Below, one piece after another: positions 30,145 to 42,743 of a DNA stretch of 64,000 nt. The stretch spans positions 1 to 64,000 of the forward strand of contig KZ538316.1 of NCBI GenBank assembly GCA_000934665.2, given 5' to 3'. Below the pieces are notes generated by a model. The model saw only the letters and a list, made by a program, of their open reading frames with translations, did no database searches and was not told the DNA's origin. Both the position numbers and the translations under genes were made by a program. Every line of letters begins with the position of its first letter. The first letter of the stretch is position 1. The stretch comes from Catajapyx aquilonaris. Its lineage: Eukaryota.

Positions 30145-33100
30145 ATGAAAACAATACGTGGTTTCTCGGACTTAAATATCCCCTTATATTGCAACCCGAC
30201 GACGACGCTCAAAGATGTGGTCAGAAACGCATTCAGACGTAAGTAGAATATCTTACACTGTGGTACACTAGGCTTTATTATTTTCTCTCTGTAGTAGGCT
30301 ATCAGACTGTTGCAATCAACACGCACATTGACGAGGCAGTTCTGACGTCGTCGAAAAAGAACAAGAAAAAGGAGGATCCCGAAGTCCGCATCATTCCGCC
30401 TCCTCCTGACGTGCGATTCGATGAAAAAGATTACGCTTATTTGCAAGCGGAAGGAAAGAAGCCGCAGATACTTCACAGGCTCACTGTCACTATTTCAGAC
30501 CCATCGCAAACGCATAAGCTGGTAAATAACTCACACTTGAGAGTGCAAACTGACATCGGGGGAAGAACAATCAAGGTCCACCTCAGGTGAAACTGAGATA
30601 ATCCAATTTCAAATTTCGAAGGCCCATAAGGCTCCATTGCAAATCCCACTTTAGTGGCGTTCCATAGTGGCCTATGATCATTACTCCACAACCACGACCA
30701 AAGCATCATATTCTACACTAGTGAAAGTATCTTCTGATGAGATATGTAACTCATTTTTGACAAAAAGTGGTCCTTGATTGTTCTTCCCCCATGGTCTTCA
30801 TATGGCATTTTTCCATGCACAACATTCTATACCTCATTATAACAAATGCTTGTTTTTTTATCTAGAGTCAGTCTGAGAATGTGAAAAAGTATGATATCCT
30901 GGCTGTGCTTCCAACAACTGCAACTGCATTTCAGGTGAGGAGTGTCAATAATTTGCTGCAAGAATTGACCACTTTCCAGCCTCTAGTGGCCAAAGTTGGC
31001 CTGCCATCAAAATGGCATCGTTATGCTATCATCTCGTGGGAATCTCGTATCCCTGCCCTTAGTAAATGCAGCATCTTGTCCGCGTCTGGTGGTCTGTCCC
31101 TGGGGGTGGGGATTTTTTTTGGAATGACCGGGGACCTGACCTTCCTCTACCAGGTGTCTGAAATGAATCGGCCCCGTGGCGGACTGCCCGCGGAGTGATT
31201 TTTTAAAGTGGTGGCCACTCTTTTCTCTATTATCCTGCCTCTTATTTTGTCCGCATCTGGTGGTTTGGCCCTGGGGCAGAACTTGTTGAGAGTGAACCCT
31301 TTTTGACTGTGTGTAAGTTTGTAGCTTGCTCATTTATTTAAATGTTTCTGTATCATTTGTTCTAAATATTTGCGATATACACCATATGCATACCTGCATA
31401 TTTATGCAACAGTTCTGCGTTATGCTGGGAGTCTAAAATGTGACACTGGGTGTAATTTATGAAACTATGGAACCATTTTTAAAAATTCCGAGCAAGATCT
31501 GCTCTGGAGCCAAACCACCAGACGTGGACAAGCGGAACCCGGATAGCAATGAGAAAAGCGTGGTCACCACTCACAAAATCACTCCAGGGGCAGTCCGCCA
31601 TGGGGCCAATTTTGGCACCCTGTGACGAAAGGGCAGGAACTTCCTCATTCCGAAAAAAAAAAAAAAAAAATCTCAACAAGATCTGGCCCGGGGCCAGGCC
31701 ACCAGACACAGGCAAGCAGAGGCCATTTACTATGGGCAGTGATACGAGATTCCCGTGGGATGATAGCATAACGACACCATTTTGATGGCAGGCCAACTTT
31801 GGCTGCTAGAGCTGCCCAACTGGAAAGTGGTCAATATGCCATAAATAGTACTTGTTTTAAGAAAATGTAGCCCATTCATAAATATGTATGTTTTTATTTC
31901 AGCATGCGTGTTCGACACTTGAGATTGATCTGATCACGTTCGACTATGAGTCACGCAGTAGCATGCGCTTTAGCCGCAAGATGTACAATTTGGCTGTGCA
32001 GCGAGGAATCTACTTTGAAGTCATGTATGCACCTGCCATTCAGGATTCGACTGCTAGGAAAAGCATAATTCATGCATCTCACGTCTACCATGCTATTGGG
32101 AAATCAAGGGTTACAACTTTAATTCATACTGTTTTCTTACAAGAGCTTCACAAAACTAATTTTTATATTAAAACATTTCAGAATATAGTGATCACCAGTG
32201 GTGCCACAAGACCTATTGATCTCCGTGGACCATATGATGTGGCCAACTTGTATCCTTTCTGTGATCTGTGTGTGTATGAGCAAGCCGCACATAGGATTTC
32301 TCCACCGGCACATTTGATAGCAGATCTGTAAAATATTGATCGTATTGATATGTGGACATGATTTTTAATAAGTCCAGGATATAATAGGCCAGAAATTTAC
32401 GACTGCCACTTCTTTTGGGCAATTAGAAGGGATAAACTCGTATGAATTCCAAAACTTCCTCCAGACAAGATATATTTATTGTTTTCATCCATGCCAGTTC
32501 ACGCCATTCATCAGATGTTTACTTTTTTTCTCTCTCGTAGTAGCAACCTTGACGTTCTGTGGCATCGTATTGTGAATTACAGTGACTTATGTTGATTGTA
32601 AATATTTGTGGGAGGTCTTCCTCGGTAAACCCCAAGGGCACAGTGGGAATAAAATTAATAATAATAATAATCATCATCATAATAATGGGCCAGAAATCCG
32701 GACGTCTCACATAGCAGCGGACCCAATTTGGTTGACATTGGAATGCTAGGAGAGCGCAAAAATACTTTAGGGAACCCTGCTCCCACCTCTTCTGGCCCAA
32801 ATGCCACATTGAGCAAATGATGGGAAATGGGGGAAATATGGGATAGGAGGGAAGCAACGGAAGACAAGAGATCTGGGCAGAGTTCCATTTTGGAAAGTTC
32901 AGTTCTCCTGAAACTTAGATGTCAATTAAATTTGGTCTGCTGGTAGATGAGACTTGTCCAGATTTGCAGCACATATGTTCCTGGACTTATTTATAATCAT
33001 GTCCACAAGCAGTTGATTGGCTCAATCTTATATTAATGAACCATGAGGTTGTTTCTTGAAATAGCCATACAAACATGAAAAAAAATTGACATTATGCTAC

Positions 33101-33706
33101 ATGAAATGTTCATGCATGGTGTTGTAGATAGAGTTTTTTTCCCTTGGGAGAGCAGAGCACTACGGTACTTCTGCAGTGGACCTCCAACTCTTGGCTGAAA
33201 AGCCAAGTTCTTTACTCTGATTGCCCTTGTCCTCACAACAAAATAATATCCCTTTTACTGCATGTATGATTTCCATATTTTTGTATCCAAAGGTTTAAAT
33301 AAACCTTAACTAATATTCAGAGGCATCCTGTTTGGCCTGACAGAAGCTGGAGCCAAAGATGCCCTCTCAGCCACATGCCGCTCTCTGGTCATGCATGCTG
33401 GTAAATGTGAAGCTCTTTTTGCTATTGAGCAGATAAATTCTTGTTTTCTGTTGGCCTTTTTTAGAAGGAAGAAAGACAGGGAAGTGCGTGACATCTGTAA
33501 CCAAACGCAGCGGCCTTTCTGCAGCAGAACAATGGCGAGTAGCTGGACTTGAAAGTGACAGTGAGGACGAAGACGACAATTCAGATGATGAAGTGCCGGG
33601 GACAAGTACAGGAGAGACCTCAAAGACTGGAATTGAGTCAGCAGCTGGAAGTGGTAGTTTTAATCAACCTGCTTTCAAAAAGCAAAAGACAGATCACATG
33701 CTGTAG
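30145..33706 (+). CDS. RPP30: Ribonuclease P/MRP protein subunit p30, 328 aa, 7 exons
   Basis: Exons: 30145-30238, 30295-30521, 30866-30934, 31903-32109, 32182-32249, 33321-33400, 33465-33706 (987 nt, phases consistent). Motifs: FSDLNI, LGYQTVAIN, ILHRLTV, YDILAVLP, HACSTLEIDLITFD, AVQRGIYFEVMYAPAI, NIVITSGA, LRGPYDVANLGILFGL. AATAAA at 33857. Confidence 0.93.
30964..31835. mobile_element. Foldback element in RPP30 intron 3 with long TIRs and internal repeated subunits
   Basis: attgaccactttccag...caaagttggcctgccatcaaaatgg...cttagtaaatg pairs with catttactatggg...ccattttgatggcaggccaactttg...ctggaaagtggtcaat. Internal repeated units (gtccgcRtctggtggt / ccaccagac). Confidence 0.8.
32250..33320 (+). 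other. U12-type (minor spliceosome) GT-AG intron in RPP30
   Basis: 5' splice site GTATCCTTT, branch site CCTTAAC at 33304-33310 ending 10 nt before the 3' splice site, no polypyrimidine tract. Splicing restores ...VANL|GILFGL. Confidence 0.92.
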
Positions 33707-33874
33707 AAAGTTTTTATAACAGTTGCAGAATAACAGTTTTTTATTTATTTACTGTGGTTTTTAATGACTTGTCTTTACCTGCTCCTACCATACAAGAATA
33801 GTAAGGATTGGTACTCTCAAGAGTGTGCTTTTCTTCAGGTATACTGGGCGTTCTCTAATAAAAGCACCAAACTA

Positions 33875-34880
33875 CAGGGTGGACGGAAAGTTTTGGACCC
33901 CCCCAGGTTTTTTAACCCTACTTTTCACAGCGTCTTTTCACATCTTTTAAAAGTTCACAAGCAGTTCTAATGTACACTATCTTTTGAAGCATAATCTTGA
34001 GAACATCTGAGCACCTTCGCTCTCGCAATTCCATTAATAACTTCGCCTCTGTGACTCATCTAAACATCCTATCTGTTTTGCATTTATTTTGCTTGTTGCT
34101 TTGGAGAACCCCTGGTCATATTCTGCGTCAGATAAGGTTTTTATGACCCTTTTCCATGAGTTCCCCTTCGTGCAAATCTTGTGAACTCACTCCTGACCTT
34201 ATTTTTCGCATTGGTCCATAACCTGGTCCAATAAAAATTTGAAAAGGAATGCATTAAATGCCGGACCCGGATGCATTACTTTCGAATTCTCACATTGGTA
34301 TCATCACATTTGTCTCCACTTTTACTTTAAAATAATTTTTTGGTGCGAAAGGACGTGAATGAAAGGATGTGTCATGTTGATTAATTTACCAAGGTAGGAC
34401 TGCTTACTGTCCTTTCCCACCAAAAAATTATTTTAAAGTAAAAATGGAGACAAATGTGATGGTACCAATTCGAAAGTAATGCATCTGGGTCCGCCATTTC
34501 ATGCATTCCTCTTCAAATTTTTATTGGACCAGGTTATGGACCAATGCGAAAAATAAGGTCAGGAGTGAGTTCACAACATTTGCACGAAGGGGAACTCATG
34601 GAAAAGGGTCATAAAAACCTTATCTGACGCAGAATATGACCAGGGGTCCTCCAAGGCAACAAGCAAAATAAACGCAAAACAGATAGGATGTTTAGATGAG
34701 TCACAGAGGCGAAGTTATTAATGGAATTGCGAGAGCGAAGGTACTCAGATGTTCTCAAGATTATGCTTCAAAAGATAGTGTACATTAGAACTGCTTGTGG
34801 ACTTTTAAAAGATGTGAAAAGACGCTGTGAAAAGTAGGGTTAAAAAACCTGGGGGGGTCCGAAACTTTCCATCCACCCTG
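33875..34880. mobile_element. ~1 kb near-perfect palindromic Tc1/mariner-type foldback MITE
   Basis: TA|CAGGGTGGACGGAAAGTT...AACTTTCCATCCACCCTG|TA. Arms of ~470 bp (33875-~34345 / ~34420-34880) are almost identical reverse complements, with a TA target duplication. Confidence 0.92.
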
Positions 34881-35695
34881 TACTAGGGGGATTTCCTGTA
34901 GACACGAGGATCACTGCAGGCAGATCATTTGGTCTCTGCAACCTACAGTTACCATGATAGGCTAAATGTGTAGTTTAGCATATCTTGGAAGGTTTGTATC
35001 TGAAAAGTGTGAACTGTTCTGGTACTTGCAAAGGACTTGCAACCTCTTGATCATGACCCATTTTTAGTTTGATCGGCTGTGGAATGCATTTTACAGTTGC
35101 ATATGATCCATACTCTACTTGGGCTGATACTAGTATTCAGTCTTCCTAACAGGGCTTGTCAAGGAATGGCATGGATTGTTTTACATTATCATGTTAGCTG
35201 GGTGAGAAGCACTAGGTTGAAGAAAGTGTGCTTCGTACTCTGTCAACAGGACACCTCCTATGCAATGAATGTTGCGGTGTCTTGTGCTCAGATGCAAGTA
35301 CCATAAAGGTGGTACAGGATCAGAAGTGCCCAGCATGTGACTGTAGCCCTTGCATCTCCAGGAAGTGCATGATTGGGGCCCTAAGGACTACCCTCAATGT
35401 GTTGAATTTGCTCAGAGGTGTCGTTAGTGCTCCAGTGACAAGTGATCATTTTTTGTAGCCAGCAGTGGTTCAATTTTTTTCTTTCATTACTTTGGTACAG
35501 CCACTTGAAGACCTACTCTGCCAACCAGGTGTATGTTTCCCATTAACGTGCCCCAGTTGGCAGCATAGCAAAGAATATTACCTGTGTCCTTATGATTTAA
35601 TATGATTTCCTCACCCTTTTGCCTAGTTCATTAAGGTCTCGTGAGTCCTTTCCCTGTCATATTTTAAGAGCACATGGCTATGGTGTCAAGGAAGG

Positions 35696-36036
35696 GGGGG
35701 AGGAGTGGTGGCCGAGTCGTTGCCGACTCGGCTTGCTGAGCGGAAGGTCCCAGGTTCGATCCCCACCCAGGAGCTCCCTTTTGCCTGCGTCGGGAGGGTC
35801 TCTGACCCGCGCCATGGAGGCGTCTGGCAACCCAACCTCCAGGGAGACTGTACATGACCCCGTAACGACATTGCACCTGGATCCCTGTCTCCTCCCCCGA
35901 AAGCCACACCCCTACCTCATGGCCTTTCTTCCCTGCACCGGTGATCGAAGAAAATTTCAGAAAAATCAATTGGAAAAAAATTGTGGTATTTCACCCCTGT
36001 AAAAGGACCCCCAGGGCCCTATCATGTTTTTTTTTA
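35696..36036 (+). mobile_element. tRNA-derived SINE with 16-bp target-site duplication
   Basis: A box TGGCCGAGTCG, B box GGTTCGATCCC, flanked by direct repeat atggtgtcaaggaagg (35680-35695 and 36037-36052). Confidence 0.8.
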
Positions 36037-36088
36037 ATGGTGTCAAGGAAGGTGCTGAGGGGAAAAACAGTCCCCCCAACCCCTATGG

Positions 36089-36283
36089 CAGTGGTTTCCA
36101 ACCTTTTACCAACTGCGACCCCCTAAACATGTTTCCATAAATGTGCGACCCCAGCCCCTTCTACAACTGCCCCATTTCCAGAAAACATACACTCTGTACG
36201 GCCGCAAAAATGGTTCAGTTTACACAGAAATTGAAAAAAAAAAGTTTTACAAAGGCTCGCGACCCCCAGGTTGGAAACCACTG
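36089..36283. mobile_element. hAT-type MITE
   Basis: TIR CAGTGGTTTCCAACC / GGTTGGAAACCACTG with perfect 8-bp TSD ccctatgg (36081-88, 36284-91). Confidence 0.9.
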
Positions 36284-36714
36284 CCCTATGGGGATGGGAG
36301 ACTCAGGTGCCCAACTTGAAGAGTAGCAGTGAAGGCAGTGAATGCTTTTGTTGCTATACCTACCATTCCCTCTAATTTGCATGTCTGTCTGCAGGCATTA
36401 TGGGACACGTCAAGTTGATGATAATGAAATAATCTGCCAAACATACAATTTGTATAGCTCCATGTTGAGTTGTGCTGATGGAATAATGTGTTTTTGTAAT
36501 ATTCGCGTAAAATCAAAATGACACCTGTGTGTATAATGATCCTCTAGTCTGCAGGAGTTCACCCTAGAAGTTTTTGGCATTAATATGGAACACTCTCTGT
36601 AAGATCAGACACTTTTCCATTAAAAAATAGTTTGGACCAAATGTTTCCTGTCATTATACACCATTAACACATGTTTAATCCAGGTGCATACTAGGAGACT
36701 GAGCAGAGACGTTG

Positions 36715-37010
36715 GATTTGGTTGGTTGGTTGGTAGGAAGGGTTACCCAGCTTGTATGGCTCTGTCTGAGTCGAGCCTTGGCAGCCAGGGGTAGGAGAGG
36801 AAGGTGTGGGATTGCAAGGTAGGGGTGGGTGAGAAGGGTGGGGGAGAGGAGGGCTGGCCCCGGCTGTACTGCAATGCCGGGTCCAACCCAGGGACGGGGG
36901 TGGGATATTCTCCCAAGCACCCCGTCCAACCAAGAAATGCGAGTCTGGTCCGAGGACCGCTCGAGGAAGAGAGTACCGTCGCTGGCGAACCAGCCGGGAC
37001 CTCATACAAC
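36715..37010 (-). mobile_element. GC-rich SINE-like insertion with (CCAA)n tail
   Basis: Abrupt GC/CpG-rich block in AT-rich DNA. The minus strand has several hairpins and ends in ctaccaaccaaccaaccaaa. Confidence 0.5.
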
Positions 37011-37700
37011 CTCATGTTAGCATTTTATGCAAGAATTCAAAGACGTTGGAGCTTTCATAAGAGGTTTCATACTACTACAGCCAGTTGCCCATTTCTGGCA
37101 GTTATAGAACTTTTTGCTTGCTTTTGCTTCTTCAACATATCACTTGGGTAAGTCTCCTGGTTTATCCCTGGCCTCAGAGGAAGTCTATGGGAAAAATTAC
37201 AATCGTGTACTGATAGGTGCACAGCGCCAGGGTCCATTTGGCCAAAACTTTCTTGACAAACTGTAGTACCTCAACATTAGATAGGCCTACATATTGTGAG
37301 GGTTGCTGCTAGGCAGGTGTGTCAGATTAGCATAATAATAATAATTGATCATTCCTGAGTAGTATTTAAAACTTGCAAGTAGTAAATAAGCCAAGAATTT
37401 TTTATATAATATTTGTGGTGCTACAAGTATTTTCATGCAATAGAGAACATGAAACCAGTTAACAGCAACAGAAAAGCTACCTATTATCACATTTACATCA
37501 GTAATATGAGAGACAATTCATGCACTCTGTGTTACCTGACCTTGTGAACTAGAAAATTTCATATTGATTTAACATTATCTGTTCAAGTTATAGCAAGAAA
37601 AATATCGCCTGTGACTTTCAAGTGACACTTCTACATAATGGAACCACCACTGCAATGCTAGTGTCAATGTGCAAGACTGTCACAACCTTTGAATGTTCCT

Positions 37701-40700
37701 TCACTCCAGACCAATTACTCCCAAGTTCCCAACAATAATCATGGTATGCACATCCTGAAACACTCGCTGCACATTTTGGGTATCTGTAGCAGTAGTGAAA
37801 TGCCAGTAACACTCTCGACGTTTGCGGTTACCATCTGGAATCATCCCAAATCCTGGTCCTATGCTGATTTTGCGAATCTCAGCTGGTTGCTCTCGTTGTG
37901 TGACTTCCTTAAATGAGACCAAAACATGAAAACTACGGGAATAGAAGTGTCCCTTACTCAAACTCTAACATTCCATTGTGAAAGCTGTTTGACACTTCAT
38001 TGGTCTTGTAGTGTGAAAAAAATTACATAATACACTTACATGTAAGCCACATTTCAGTGGGTCAGTGGATGAGCTCAACCTAATTCTCAGGAGAATAAGC
38101 TTTAGTTTTCCGACTGCAATATTTTTGGTGGCTAATTTCTGGCAATATATCCACTTTTGAATAAGAGCAGAGAAAATAAAATCCAGATTGAAGAGGTAAC
38201 TAGGGTAACTAAGCTAGGGAAGGAATAGCATCGCATCCATCAAGATTTCCTGGAAGTTAAAATCCTAACTACCTATTTGGTCCTAACAACATAAGAGCAG
38301 AGAAATCTCACCTTGAACATGTCTCGGATAAAACATCTGGTCTTACAATACTCATCCTTTGGATCTTCTTGGGCGTCTACAAAATAAAGCATAATCATGC
38401 TAACTTCAATGCAAGTATGCTGTAATTTTAGTGTTTCACCTTTTTCACTCAGCTCATAGTTGTAATACTCAGGGAAGTTTTTGCCAATGTTAACACCCTC
38501 TTCAATTTTCTTCTTTAATGTATCCTGCTTGTTCAGAAATACAATGAATCCTGCATCCTGAAGGAATCTGCTGCACCACACATCTCTGAAGAGTGTAATA
38601 GCTTCCTCAAGTCGATTGGTTTTATTGTCTTCCTCAGTCATGTTAAAGCTGCTACTGGCCACCAAGAAGAGGATGGCATGGATACCCTCGAACACCTGGA
38701 AGATGCTGGTTAACATGTCATGTGTCCAAAAATACAGGTTTATTACAAGTGCTATTTTTATTACATAAGGGCATTATTTAATATGACTCAAGCTCTCGCC
38801 ATCAACATACCCGTACACAGCCTGCACACATTTCACATATTATAGGCCTACTGCATACAGTATTTTAAGCTAGATGTGGTATGAGTCTGTGATTCTGGAT
38901 ATGAGTACCAGAGGCTATAATATTGTACATACATTCCCAGTCTAGGATAACTGCATCAAATATGAAGAGCACATCTTGACAAGTACACAGTTGTCCCATC
39001 TCACGTGACTCTGAAGTCCTTGCCCTGGCTATAGGTTTTGTGTCTAATCTAAGCAGCGTAAGAGCATCTTAGGGTGGATTATGGCAGATTGAATTCCGCC
39101 CTACAATATAAATAAGTAGCCATAACTGAAGTTAGTACCAGACAGCTGTGCAACAAAAGAAATAATCATCCCAACAACCATAAACATAAGTGCAACAACA
39201 TCTCTGCCATGCCACTGTAACATGGGATCAACTTCTCACCACACACTCTGCCAACTGGTGGATCAGTGTTTAACATGTAAATACAAGTAACACAGCACTT
39301 ATGAATAACATTGCAGAAAGTATTCTAGTACAGTACCTGAATCCACTTTTTCCTCTCTCCTCGTTGTCCCCCAACATCAAACATCCAAAATTTCTGTATC
39401 CCTCCTCCATACTTCTTAGGAACACGAACTTCAAATTCAATCTTATGAATGTTTCTTGTCCTGCGTCGACTGTGTATTATATCCTGTAGATTGAGAGATA
39501 ATTTTGAAATTAACTCTGTCTATCTACTATTAATCTCACCTGATCTGTTGGCATGTAATTTGGCTGCCTGACTTCTGACAACTTGTCCATGAAGCTGGAA
39601 ATATGAAAGGGGCTAAATAGCATTATCTTTAAACACATATCAAAAACAATGTTAATTTAATTTACATTCAATATGCCACGCTATTATTGACTGGGTGTGG
39701 AGATTATTACGGAATGCGAGCGGTGCCACCAAGGGGTACTGTACCTTCAAGTAACAAGTCAAGAAGTATATAACTATTCTCTAACCAGTGATTACAAGGT
39801 AGAATTTATGTCTGAGACCAGGAATAGCCACTTTGTAATCAAGGATTAATTAATAGTAACTGGACAGCAACCATCCTTGCATGTGGCACCGTATATAGAG
39901 CATCAATTAATAAAATAGATCATGGTGACATCATCATCATCATCATCACCATCACGACATTTCCCTATAAGGGGTAGTCAACGATGACAGGAGCGGCAAG
40001 CTAACCCAAAATATGAACTAAATTAAAACTTGTAAAAATAAACCTATAAACAACCCATCCCCCCCCCCCACCCCTGCCCATCTCAGGCAACAAACACTCA
40101 ATAATAAATTTAAATATTACACTGTGCAACGCAGTACTTTGAGAAATCAAGTGTCTCCCCCCCACCCCCCTGGAAGAGGAATCAGCAACAAGAATATTCA
40201 CCTCCAAACGACCAGAACACCCACAGGCCAGCGAGAAAAACCAGCATATGGAAATCCACACCCGAACTCCAAGTGCTGTGCAGGACAGAGAGAGAGGCAG
40301 ATACCCTTGCAAGCATGACTACCGGTGTCAACCTATGCATTACTGTGCCAGAGATATCATGGTGACATGCCATTCATATAATGACTACGTCTGCATGGGT
40401 GTCTCAAATTTCCTTCTGCAGTTGGGTCCTTATTCTATTGGGACCTTTTGTTAACAGCACCCTAGAGAAATGTTTGAAAAATCATCCCATAAAGGATCAT
40501 GCAACCTTGAAACTTCAACCATCATATCTTAAAATCAGTCAAATATGACTGATCATTCTGCATTTCATATCTTCAACTGATGAACACCTTGATGGAAAGT
40601 TGCTAACCTTACTGGTCCCATAGTCATACAGAAAAGGAAGGTAAAGTTTATGCGTTCAAATCATCTTACTTAAAATTGTTCTGTAAAAATAAAATGCTCA

Positions 40701-42296
40701 TGACCTATCATAGTATGGTGATTTTTCGCAACATAGTATCACTTTCTGTTTACAAAACTACATTGTCTACAAGTGTTACTGCAGCTAGTGCCTAATGCAA
40801 TGTATAAAAAAAGGAGACTAACAAAATTGTGTAGCTATCAAGAAGAACCTTATTATCTCAGTTTTCCAGTCAACCACTCTTATCGCATAAAAGATTTCAT
40901 TTTCAAGTACGATCTGATAATCTATCTATAGAGATGACAAAATACTTGTGGCCATATGAAGCACAAATGATCAAGCTAACAGCAATGTGCAGTGAATGTA
41001 AACAAGCTCATATTTTCAGACAGAAAAATTGTACCCACAATGCTTCTATCAGTAAATTGGCATACATAACACAATCCTGTCCTTACATACTACAAAAACA
41101 TGTCCTAGCTTCACAACCTTCGATATAGTAACATGGAGGCAGTGACAGAAATGAATGTTATCAGTGTCTAATCAAATTAACTCTCATGTGGTTGCACAGC
41201 ACTTTACCTGAATTGCAGTTGTGGCAATTTCATAAGTGCTTTTGTTTTTCTTATTTCAAAAGGGTAACACTCCTAAGTACTTTTTCAGTATCACACAAGA
41301 TTCTGATAAAAGTACACGATGTTCTTCATTATGAAATAACATCAATACTGCAGTCATTATGCAGTCTTTTTTTTGGGACATCAGTAACTGATACATATTA
41401 TGATAAATACTATCACTCACTATTTTGCACAGTCCAGCTGCTGAAATTCATGGCCTCTCATATAACACTTTTGGATTCCACCATCTTTCCATAAACGCTC
41501 TGCATGATCATAGAATTCCTGAAAGATAATTAAGCAAGCTGCTACCTTCACTTTACAGTGACTGAATGTGATCTTACCTTTGGAAAATGATATGTCTCTG
41601 GATTGTCAATTTTCTCCATAAACTCCACACTGGGTCCATTTGCCAAGTCCTCAAGGGCAATTGGGGGGTCCAACAAACTCATGTTCGTCACCAGAGCTCT
41701 AATGGTTTCCAATGTATTGTTACGAATATCTTGAGCTTTCTCTTTTTTCTCACTGGAGTGAATGACAGGTGTCATGAGGGGGGGAAATGGTTGTATTTTA
41801 CTATTTTAACCCAAGAAATGTCAGTGATTAGCAGATCAAAGAATAATGTACATTTCAGCTCGACATTAATTCACACACTTATATTTTACTTTTGCACACT
41901 TGGGAATTTACCCTGGTGCCACACTGAACTGTACAAAAAGTAAATTACTTGTATGATAATAATGAACTACAAATGCATGGTAATTGGCTGACCTTTCTGT
42001 AAAACCACTGATGTGAAGAATCTTCATTTGTTTGATGATGGTTGTTTTTCCAGATTCTGCTGTTCCTAAAACACACAAAAACTGTCTCACTACATGGTTT
42101 CATTTACTCCTCAGGTGTATATTAGTTTTCCAGTCTCTTATGGAATCAACATAGCAATTTTAGGTAATATGTGAATCAGGATACCTAATAGCAGGAGTTT
42201 GATTGCTTTGTCATAATCCTTCATCCACTGAGAAATCCTCTTCTCTAACAATTTACTTGCTCGTCTCTCATCACTTGCTGGCTTCAAGCACGACAT
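37701..42296 (-). CDS. Galphaf: Heterotrimeric G-protein alpha subunit, Galpha-f type (Gs-related), 395 aa, 9 coding exons
   Basis: Exons (minus): 42296-42185, 42065-41993, 41752-41578, 41518-41421, 39594-39540, 39483-39337, 38695-38440, 38376-38312, 37907-37701 (1188 nt, phases consistent). Motifs: KLLLLGTAESGKTTIIKQMKILH (G1), SRRRT (G2), FDVGGQRGERKKWIQ (G3), FLNKQD (G4), HFTTATDT (G5). The GTAESGKTT P-loop and KYGGG insert match my recollection of insect Galpha-f. Confidence 0.88.
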
Positions 42297-42676
42297 TCCT
42301 GTGGGAATGCCACTGGAGAGAAATTTTCAACCTTTTCAACTGTACATATCACGACATCAGAACTTCGTATACATTTGCACCCTTAAAATTTGAAACACTC
42401 CAGACTTATGACATAACATTTTGTGTAATAAGGGATGGCATGGTGTGTCTTAATGTGATACCCAACCAGATACCTCTTTGTATCACTTTGGAATCACCTT
42501 CAGCCCACCCTATTTCTTGAAGAAAAATAAACTAATAAGGCAAGTAAAAGGAGGTCCAGGGTGGACCTTCTTAAAACTACCGGTACTACTAGCACTGGTA
42601 CTACTACCACCACCACTACAATAATAACTAGAAAAATTCGAGCAAAGCGAGTGTTTTTCTAGTAGTAGAGCTCTTG

Positions 42677-42691
42677 GTAGTAGTAGTAGTA

Positions 42692-42743
<52 letters not shown>

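Noticed and set aside
29949..30476. 175-aa minus-strand ORF
   Set aside because: Antisense to RPP30 exons 1-2, with no motif.
42066..42184. Galpha intron starting GTATCCTG as a second U12 intron
   Set aside because: The donor deviates at +8, there is no CCTTAAC-type branch site near the acceptor, and a normal U-rich tract is present. Probably U2.
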